Source: an uncultured bacterium (GTDB lineage Bacteria > RBG-13-61-14 > CAZOMR01). From it: a stretch of DNA of 37,146 nt. This document shows positions 16,590 to 23,384 of the stretch, piece by piece (positions within the stretch are counted from its first letter, which is position 1; each line of letters opens with the position of its first letter). The DNA lies in contig CAZOMR010000002.1 of NCBI GenBank assembly GCA_964580655.1, forward strand, positions 1 through 37,146, given 5' to 3'. The translations under genes were made by a program, and so were the position numbers. The notes beneath the pieces are model-generated. The model saw nothing but the letters and a program-made list of their open reading frames with translations. It did not search any database and was not told the origin of the DNA.

Positions 16590-16876
16590 AACAGGACATC
16601 CGGGCACTGGCGCAAGGGCCGACTCCGACATGCAAGCATTGTCCGGAAAGGCAAAGCCGCTTTGCACCCTGGACATGCGCAAATTGCCCTGAGGCCACGC
16701 TGGAGAAAATGTCGCCGGACACACTCTGGCTTCTCATAATTCGCCACTTGCGAAAGGCCGGGTACCCCGTGGAAAAAAATCAACTCGGATTCCTCGATTG
16801 GATCAAACTGGGAATCATCGAGATGATCCTGGAACAGCTTGAGTCCGGGCAAGGAGTAACTTATGAAAGACTTTGA
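16203..16876 (+). CDS. tail assembly chaperone, -1 frameshift (GT-like) product
   Basis: A -1 slip on A_AAA_AAA (16580-16586) enters a frame that stays open for 96 codons (IEQDIRALAQGPTPTCKHCPERQSRFAPWTCANCPE...GQGVTYERL) up to the TGA at 16874-16876. That frame overlaps the tape measure start by 14 nt. Confidence 0.65.
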
Positions 16877-17498
16877 TGCCGACACGGAGAATTCCTTGGA
16901 CTCCCTGGAGGAAACCCTTCAGGCCAGGGAGATGTTGATCAGGGAGTATGCGGATAGAGAAAAGGCTATTCTTGATCAATCCTCCCAGGACAGGGCGCAG
17001 AAAACCTCTTTTTGGGAAAACTTGATCACCGAGACCAAGATCAACGCCCAGCGTAGCCAGGTTACAAGCTATCAGTCCACGGCCAAGAGCCTGGGCAAAC
17101 TCCTGGGAATAGGGATCAAGGAGCAGGCCAAGGTCATGATTCCCTTTGAGGTCGCAGAGGCGACAAAAGAGATGGCTCAGTTCTTTGCTACTAAAGACCC
17201 GACCCACCTGGCGGCAAGTCTCAAGCACACCCTTGCCATAAGCCAATACGCGGCCGCGGCAAAAACCAGCGCCGGAGCCGGCCAAGGCGCGGCAGGCATG
17301 AGCGGTTCGGCCCCGAGATCCCGAGGCGAAAGGCTCTCCGAAACTCAAAGTGCCCCGGAAGAATCCCTTCATCGCGCCACGGTGGTCGTTAATGTGGGGG
17401 AAGGCGTGGTGATTCATCCCAAGGAATTTGCCCGACAACTGATTGACGGGCTGAACGAAGCCTATCATGACGATGTGCATATTGATTTTGCCACCTGA
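16863..17498 (+). CDS. putative tape measure protein (unusually short, 211 aa)
   Basis: Located directly after the G/GT chaperone pair. The N-terminal half is helical and an Ala/Gly-rich segment (AAAAKTSAGAGQGAAGMSG) follows. Confidence 0.5.
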   Translation: MKDFDADTENSLDSLEETLQAREMLIREYADREKAILDQSSQDRAQKTSFWENLITETKINAQRSQVTSYQSTAKSLGKLLGIGIKEQAKVMIPFEVAEATKEMAQFFATKDPTHLAASLKHTLAISQYAAAAKTSAGAGQGAAGMSGSAPRSRGERLSETQSAPEESLHRATVVVNVGEGVVIHPKEFARQLIDGLNEAYHDDVHIDFAT

Positions 17499-17521
17499 AG
17501 AGACCGAAGGCTCCAGAGGAG

Positions 17522-18769
17522 GTGACAATGGCAATCAACGTAAAACCGATCATTGCTTATGACAATAAAGTAGCCGGGGCCACGCTCACCGCGAGCAGTG
17601 AGGCCACTGGATACCCGAAGGAGAACCTGCGGGACTGGCGGACATATACGCGCTGGAAGGGCACACAGGCGAACTCAGAGGGTGATATTACCCAGTTGTT
17701 GGAAGATGATTTAGAATCTTTCGGAAAGCCAAGTGGAACATACAAATTAGGCCAGACATTTCTGCTGTCTGGCACAAGCATTATCACAAAGATAACGGTC
17801 AAGCTCAAAAAAATAAATAATCCTGAGGATAGAGTCAAATGTGCTTTATATTCCACCATCGGCTCACCGCCAATACCTGACACTCTTTTAGTGTCTTCAG
17901 ATGACGAGGCAAATCCTACGGATTCTTTTGCAGAATACACTTTTTATTTCTGTCATGAATTGACCGCTGGAATTTATGCGCTTGTCCTCTATCGCACCGG
18001 TGACCTAGATGACACCAATTATTATCAGGTCCGTTTGAAAAGTGACAATCCCTATACAGACGGGAATTTAGTAGAAGATCACCTCTCCGGGTGGGGGTAT
18101 TCGTCCAGTCATGACATGTATTTCAAGGTTGAATTCACCGCCGCATCCGAATGGTTAAAGATAGATGCGGGAGAAGGTGAGACCCTTACTGTCTCCTGTC
18201 TCGGCATATCAGGACATGATCTCTATACGCAGGGCGCGGAGAATATAGTCCTCCAATTCAGCGATGACGATAGTGGCTGGACTAACTGTCTTTCACCCTT
18301 CACACCGAGCGACGATAGTACAATATTCAAGACCTTCGCTATAACCACGCATCGCTACTTTCGTCTCCTGATTCCGTCATGCTATACGGCATCGCCTCAG
18401 ATAGGGGTGCTCTTCATCGGTTCTTATTTTTCCTTTCCAGTCTACCCTGACCCCGGGTTTGACCCGGACGGCCAGGAAAAGGAGTTCAAAGGACAATGGA
18501 GCCGCGAGGGGCATCTACTCGGCATGATCAGCAAATATACGCGCCGGGAAATCTCTGTCCGGTTTCAGCGGCTCACCCCGGATTTTCTCGCTAATACCTT
18601 TATCCCATTCTGGCAAAATCATGTTCCTTCACCCTTCTTCTGGGCCTGGGACACCACCAATCATCCCGAGGAAGTTTATCTCGTGGCGCTGGCCAGGGGA
18701 CGGCTGTCCATGCCTTACACCGCGAACACAAGGTCCCTGGATCTGAACCTTGTGGGAGTGAAGGAATGA
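17522..18769 (+). CDS. distal tail / baseplate-like protein with an inserted beta-sandwich domain
   Basis: 415 aa. The N-terminus TASSEATGYPKENLRDWRTYTRWKG resembles the galactose-binding-like (discoidin-type) signature. An AT-richer insert spans about aa 55-200. The likely true start is the ATG at 17528 (GGAGG 6 nt upstream). Confidence 0.45.
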   Translation: MTMAINVKPIIAYDNKVAGATLTASSEATGYPKENLRDWRTYTRWKGTQANSEGDITQLLEDDLESFGKPSGTYKLGQTFLLSGTSIITKITVKLKKINNPEDRVKCALYSTIGSPPIPDTLLVSSDDEANPTDSFAEYTFYFCHELTAGIYALVLYRTGDLDDTNYYQVRLKSDNPYTDGNLVEDHLSGWGYSSSHDMYFKVEFTAASEWLKIDAGEGETLTVSCLGISGHDLYTQGAENIVLQFSDDDSGWTNCLSPFTPSDDSTIFKTFAITTHRYFRLLIPSCYTASPQIGVLFIGSYFSFPVYPDPGFDPDGQEKEFKGQWSREGHLLGMISKYTRREISVRFQRLTPDFLANTFIPFWQNHVPSPFFWAWDTTNHPEEVYLVALARGRLSMPYTANTRSLDLNLVGVKE

Positions 18770-20748
18770 GCTACTTCTCGGAGCAGACCAATATTTCAAG
18801 GAAGCCCTGCTGGCTGTTCAAGCTCAAGCTGGATTATTGCCAGAACCAGTTCGGGTCAGCCCCTTGCACCGCAAGCGGCACACCTTGTTATTACACTTAT
18901 TCAACATGCAAGGATAAAGCGAACTTCAGCAAGGGAGAGATGACCTGCAACTACTGCGAGAAACAGGGTCCACGGATACAAGGCGCTTTACCTTATATTC
19001 TCAGCGTGAAGTATATCCCTACTGAGATTGATCCGAAAAACTCAACTACCCGAAGGGGAAATCTCCTTGTCCGTCTTGCCGATGACAAGCCCCTGCCTCT
19101 CGCCAACCCGGATAAAAACCCATCACGCCCTGAAAGTGAAGGCACATACTGGAAGAATCTCCTGGCCCGCAACCCCAATTTCGAGAACCGCATTGCAGAA
19201 TTCTGGCAGGGATTCGAGGGCATTGACCCGGATGAATTCCAGCTATATTTCCGGGGAATCATTGAAAGCATCACCTATATGGAAGGGGAAGTGGAGATCT
19301 CGATCAAGGACATGCTAAAGAAGCTGAAGCGCAAGTCCCATTCAGCCCAGCGGAATGAAAATGTGCTGACGAGCGATTATTCCGGAGGCTCCACAATCTA
19401 TGTTGCCGATGCCTCCGAATTCCCCGATCCATTGGGAAATTTGCATTATCCCTCGCATGAGATCGTCAAGATCGGAGACATGTATGCGAAGTATTCGGGC
19501 AGGAATCTGAGCAATAATACTCTCACCGGAGCAGGCTGGGTCTACGGGTCTTCCGGAACTGTCTTGGCCGGCGAGAAGATTCAGCATGTGCTGGTCTATG
19601 CCACTGACAACAGCGGCATGGACCAGGGTTATCCGGTGGACTGGATTCTGCTGGACCTGATTTGCAATCGAGGAAAGATCAACGGCACTTACCTTGAGTG
19701 CAAGGACCTCGGCGTCACCCTTACAAGTGGGATCAGCGAAAGCGCATCCGCCATCCAGATAAGCAATACCGGGGCTTTCCCAGCCAGAGGCATAGTGCGC
19801 ATTGATGATGAATTGATCCGCTACGACGGCAAATCCGGCTCGGTGTTAACCGCCGTAAAGAGGGGTGAAGGCCGGACACAGGCCACCTCTCATGATTCAG
19901 GCGTATCGGTTCAGCCAACCTCTTTGACTTACGAGGCCGGGTTGTGGATACAGGGATCACTCTTCCGACGCAGAATTATCAAGCCGATCGAAATAGCAAA
20001 GCTTACTCATCAGCTCCGCGAAGCCGCATTGCTCGATGTCTGGCAGACAGAGGAGTGCAAAATTGCGGCCAAGGCCATCGCCCCTCCCTACTGGACAGAG
20101 ACCCCGAAGGAGATCGCTGACGGGTCAAATATGATTGACGGCTCCACCAAGGTCATCAGCAATCACGACCAGCGTCTGACCCGATGTACTGTTTATTATG
20201 ATCCAGACCTTCAGAAAAACGACCCCGGCGAGAAACCGGAAGACTATCAGTGCGTCTGGCTTGTCGTGGACCCGGACATGGAGTCGGAAAACTTTTATGG
20301 AGAAGAAAAAAACAAAACCATCTTCGCCCCCTGGATATATCGTTCTCCCGAAGCCTCTGCCCTGGCCAGTCGGCTTTTGATAAGGTATCGCACCGGAGCC
20401 CCGCTCTTCAAATTCGACCTGGAACTAAAGGATGCCGGGATCAAAGTCGGGGATTTTATCAGGATTACCAGCAAGGATTTCCCGGATGTAACAGGCGCGC
20501 AGAGGGAGGGAATTCTCTTCCAGGTTTTGAAGAAGGTGCCGCGAGGACAAGGTCGCTTTGAATATACTGCGATAGATACGAATTTATCCAGGAGGTATCC
20601 GGTTATTTCTCCGGCAAGCTATGCCGGAGATTATGACGATTACAGTGAAGAGGATCACCGCAGATATGGATGGATCGGCTCCCCCGGGAATCCCCCCGAC
20701 GGGAACAGGGTCGGATCCGATCAGGGTGATGGCTACTACATTTATTGA
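18766..20748 (+). CDS. tail tip/hub protein with Cys-rich N-terminus
   Basis: 660 aa, ATGA-coupled to the upstream gene. There are 7 Cys in the first 64 aa, including STCKDKANF, which is reminiscent of the gpL/BR0599-type cluster. It is the largest tail ORF. Confidence 0.5.
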   Translation: MSYFSEQTNISRKPCWLFKLKLDYCQNQFGSAPCTASGTPCYYTYSTCKDKANFSKGEMTCNYCEKQGPRIQGALPYILSVKYIPTEIDPKNSTTRRGNLLVRLADDKPLPLANPDKNPSRPESEGTYWKNLLARNPNFENRIAEFWQGFEGIDPDEFQLYFRGIIESITYMEGEVEISIKDMLKKLKRKSHSAQRNENVLTSDYSGGSTIYVADASEFPDPLGNLHYPSHEIVKIGDMYAKYSGRNLSNNTLTGAGWVYGSSGTVLAGEKIQHVLVYATDNSGMDQGYPVDWILLDLICNRGKINGTYLECKDLGVTLTSGISESASAIQISNTGAFPARGIVRIDDELIRYDGKSGSVLTAVKRGEGRTQATSHDSGVSVQPTSLTYEAGLWIQGSLFRRRIIKPIEIAKLTHQLREAALLDVWQTEECKIAAKAIAPPYWTETPKEIADGSNMIDGSTKVISNHDQRLTRCTVYYDPDLQKNDPGEKPEDYQCVWLVVDPDMESENFYGEEKNKTIFAPWIYRSPEASALASRLLIRYRTGAPLFKFDLELKDAGIKVGDFIRITSKDFPDVTGAQREGILFQVLKKVPRGQGRFEYTAIDTNLSRRYPVISPASYAGDYDDYSEEDHRRYGWIGSPGNPPDGNRVGSDQGDGYYIY

Positions 20749-20802
20749 GCCTGACAGGTCATCCAGATACTTCGGACCTGTAGGATAAGGGGAGACAAGG
20801 AA

Positions 20803-21294
20803 ATGGCATGGGATACGATACAGGCGAGCGAGGTTGATGCCAACAGCCCGCTGAACCAGACACTATTTGACAAGATCAGGAGCAACCTGGACTACCTGGC
20901 AGGTAATTTCATCTGCTTCAGCGGAGACAGCCCCGAATACGAATTAATGGCCGGGGACTCCACTTGGTATGCTGTTAAAAGTGGCAAGATATATGTGCCT
21001 TCTGTTGTTGATTCTCTGGAAATCGCAGTAGAAAACATGTTTGTGGAGGCGGGCGTATCTGGAAGGCTCGTCAGGGTAAGGGTTTCTGATGGGGCAGGAG
21101 GCTGGAACAATTCTGACACTGCGACTCCGGGAAGCGCAGGCTACGCCTGGGCTTTTCTGGCTTGCCCTGCCGAAGGTAGCTTCATCGGTGAAGGTGGCTG
21201 GAGGGACTACGAAGTCCAGATGCGACAGAGTACCCTTCAACCCAAAGGAGCTTATGTGAGAAATATTATTTTTAAAGTAAAGAGTATCAACTAG
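20803..21294 (+). CDS. hypothetical; possible tail fibre/receptor-binding accessory protein
   Basis: 163 aa, the last structural ORF before the lysis genes. The N-terminus is EVDANSPLNQTLFDKIRSNLDYL. The call is positional. Confidence 0.3.
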   Translation: MAWDTIQASEVDANSPLNQTLFDKIRSNLDYLAGNFICFSGDSPEYELMAGDSTWYAVKSGKIYVPSVVDSLEIAVENMFVEAGVSGRLVRVRVSDGAGGWNNSDTATPGSAGYAWAFLACPAEGSFIGEGGWRDYEVQMRQSTLQPKGAYVRNIIFKVKSIN

Positions 21295-21305
21295 TCGAGC
21301 ACAAG

Positions 21306-21321
21306 TCCGAAGGATATGGAG
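21306..21321 (+). repeat. 16-nt box TCCGAAGGATATGGAG, copy 2
   Basis: Exact match to 11308-11323. It lies 11 nt after the stop of the 20803 ORF and 16 nt before the first lysis-cassette gene. Confidence 0.5.
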
Positions 21322-21337
21322 TGGTTGATAAGGAGAC

Positions 21338-21652
21338 ATGAGTTTAACAGAGCTCATAATATCATCCCTGGCAGTTGCAATCATGGGCCTGAGTGGAGCG
21401 GTCTATTCTGCATTGAGGTCTAAAGTCATTCGGCTTGAGGACACCAAGGTCGAACGGAATGTCTGCGACGAGCGACATCGGAGCATCTCTGAGGACATTC
21501 AAGAGGTAAAGTCCACGCTCACCGAGGTGAACCAGAGCGTGCGGAGAATCGAGATTCAACTGGCCCGGATGTCCGTAAGACCCTTCGGGTCCGCAGGGTC
21601 CGGAGAACCCGCCAGTCGCATCATAAGCCGGGATGGCCCGCAGAATCTGTAG
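21338..21652 (+). CDS. single-pass membrane protein with coiled coil (i-spanin-like or holin/antiholin-like)
   Basis: N-terminal TM segment LIISSLAVAIMGLSGAVYSAL followed by a helical heptad region. It is immediately upstream of the amidase. Confidence 0.45.
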   Translation: MSLTELIISSLAVAIMGLSGAVYSALRSKVIRLEDTKVERNVCDERHRSISEDIQEVKSTLTEVNQSVRRIEIQLARMSVRPFGSAGSGEPASRIISRDGPQNL

Positions 21653-21660
21653 GAATAAAC

Positions 21661-22251
21661 ATGGAATTGATTATCATTGACCCGGGACACGGGGGCGATG
21701 ACCCTGGGGCTTTAAACATCGAACTCGGGCTGGAAGAAAAAGCCATTAACCTTGCCGTGGCACAAAAGCTATGGGCTCTGCTCTCAGGCCCATCTTGCGG
21801 AACACTAGTGAGGCTGACAAGAACCAGGGACATCTTTGTCTCGCTTTCGAGCAGGACTGATTATGCCAATCATCTCCAGGAATGTTTCCCGGAGACCAGG
21901 GCACTGTTTGTTTCCCTGCACTGCAATGCCTTTTCTGACCCGGCGGTCAGGGGAGTAGAGGTCTTCCATTATCCGGGTTCAAAATCAGGCCAGCGGCTTG
22001 GAGGATTTGTCCTGGATGCCATTACCAGGGCCTTCCCGGACATGCCATCACGCGGGCTGAAAACAAACCCGAATCTTGCGGTGCTGAGGAGAACCCGGAT
22101 GCCAGCGATCCTGATAGAAATGGAATTCATCTCTAACCCTGATACAGCTCGGCTTCTAGCCAGAGAGACCTTTCAGTGGCAAATGGCGCAAAGCATCCAG
22201 GCCGGAATCCAGTCCTGTCTCAAGCCCGAAGAGTCCGCAGGAATTAGCTGA
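21661..22251 (+). CDS. N-acetylmuramoyl-L-alanine amidase (Amidase_3) endolysin
   Basis: IIIDPGHGGDDPGA, EEKAINLAVA, LFVSLHCNAF, GVEVFHY and PAILIEMEFISNP are canonical Amidase_3 blocks. Confidence 0.9.
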   Translation: MELIIIDPGHGGDDPGALNIELGLEEKAINLAVAQKLWALLSGPSCGTLVRLTRTRDIFVSLSSRTDYANHLQECFPETRALFVSLHCNAFSDPAVRGVEVFHYPGSKSGQRLGGFVLDAITRAFPDMPSRGLKTNPNLAVLRRTRMPAILIEMEFISNPDTARLLARETFQWQMAQSIQAGIQSCLKPEESAGIS

Positions 22252-22384
22252 TCTCCTGGTTCCGCGGATGCCCCGGATGCGCCAGTCCGAGGGACCCGGA
22301 GAAAAGGCTTGAGAAAAAACATCCCTGGCAGAAGATCACCTGTCCATGCAGATGGGCCCGGGATTGAGATAAAAGGGACATCCA

Positions 22385-22612
22385 ATGAAGCTTTTCGAAA
22401 AAGATAAAGCATTCAGCAAAACCGCTTTCTGGTTCTCCTGCACCATGGCGCTCACATTGATCTCCACTGCGGCCATCGTCATCAAATACATCCTTGACCC
22501 AGGTCCGGAATTCATCTCAGGGATTCCCGGCATAGCCGGATTACTCGCCGTGCCCAATACGATCCTTGCCGGCGCCTATACATGGGGAAAGAAAATTGAT
22601 CGGCAAACTTAA
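22385..22612 (+). CDS. two-TM small membrane protein (holin candidate)
   Basis: 75 aa with two hydrophobic segments (FWFSCTMALTLISTAAIVI and IPGIAGLLAVPNTILAGAY) and a charged C-terminus (KKIDRQT). Confidence 0.5.
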   Translation: MKLFEKDKAFSKTAFWFSCTMALTLISTAAIVIKYILDPGPEFISGIPGIAGLLAVPNTILAGAYTWGKKIDRQT

Positions 22613-23324
22613 GATAGCCTTTGCAGGGGTGATTATCCTCGCACTCCTGATTGCAGGAACAGGGATTTACCTGCTATCGCATAAACATAAAGGACTTGTC
22701 CGGGAAAACAAGGGTCTTGCCTCGGAAATCGCGGCGCTCCAGTATCGCCTCAAGCTCACTCAAGAGAAGGCCTCAAAAGTTTTACAAAAGAAAGAGTTCT
22801 ATACAAGTCATGCAGAGCCTTCGGAAAGCCAGGAAAAGCCGCTATCCCAGGTCCCTCTTGACTGTAGCCGCTGTTTTGAATCCACGAAAATGGAAATAGA
22901 ATTGGAGGATGAAAAGGGCTGGTGGAGTTACCATGATCCCAATGCCTTTGATGATAAGCCCGGCACATTCACGCTCACAGACCGCTTCTTTTCCGAAGCT
23001 ATCCCGCCGGCAATACCAGATTACGGTCTATCAGGGAAGAAGCCGGCCGAGTCCCTTGGAGGAACCAGAAGAATCCGCCGAAATTCGGAAAAGGCTATCA
23101 GCGCAGGCATCGGACTATCAGGGTATGAACTGGAAATGTCCTACTCCCCATTCGGCATACAAGGAAAAAACTGGTCTCTCGGAATAGAGCTTCGATCACG
23201 CCTCTTATCATCAAGACCCTTCATGCCATCCAGGTCTTTCGGCACGAACTACTCCAATCAACCGGATTTTAACCCGTATACCCTCCAAGCCGACCTCGGC
23301 CTCGGCATTACTCTCCGCTGGTAA
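22566..23324 (+). CDS. membrane-anchored coiled-coil protein with beta-rich, OMP-like C-terminus (spanin-like)
   Basis: TM segment IAFAGVIILALLIAGTGIYLL, a coiled coil (LASEIAALQYRLKLTQEKASKVL), then alternating-hydrophobic beta-strand patterns ending ...LQADLGLGITLRW. The start may be the TTG at 22596, which would reduce overlap with the previous gene. Confidence 0.45.
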   Translation: MPAPIHGERKLIGKLKIAFAGVIILALLIAGTGIYLLSHKHKGLVRENKGLASEIAALQYRLKLTQEKASKVLQKKEFYTSHAEPSESQEKPLSQVPLDCSRCFESTKMEIELEDEKGWWSYHDPNAFDDKPGTFTLTDRFFSEAIPPAIPDYGLSGKKPAESLGGTRRIRRNSEKAISAGIGLSGYELEMSYSPFGIQGKNWSLGIELRSRLLSSRPFMPSRSFGTNYSNQPDFNPYTLQADLGLGITLRW

Positions 23325-23384
23325 TCTATTTCTATCACTATTCCTTTTCGCTCTCATACTGTGCTAGGATAATCTCAAAGGATT

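Larger units (their letters stand above)
2507..23324. mobile_element. phage-derived head-tail-lysis island (defective prophage or GTA-like element) with no recognisable integrase or replication module
   Basis: A contiguous block of about 26 ORFs, all but one on the + strand, in canonical order: packaging, head, connector, tail, lysis. Housekeeping genes flank it directly on both sides. The exact ends are not defined: left somewhere in 2260-2507, right in 23325-23384. Confidence 0.85.

Noticed and set aside
16815-17534. 239-aa minus-strand ORF across the tape-measure gene
   Set aside because: It is antisense to the tape measure inside an otherwise strictly + strand operon. It lacks an RBS context and has Gly/Arg/Leu-rich composition typical of a shadow frame. 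The same reasoning applies to 9870-10502, 10821-11306, 11188-11673, 11570-12142, 14718-15257, 24143-24634, 25128-25586, 26201-26587, 30617-31003 and 36238-36777.
2623-23324. Diversity-generating retroelement, retron, CRISPR or toxin-antitoxin type defence modules inside the island
   Set aside because: There is no reverse-transcriptase-like ORF, no template/variable repeat pair near the tail genes, no repeat arrays and no small two-gene TA-like pairs. The only accessory candidates are the rSAM/MTase pair and the GT2/Zn/LamG cassette, which are reported as findings.
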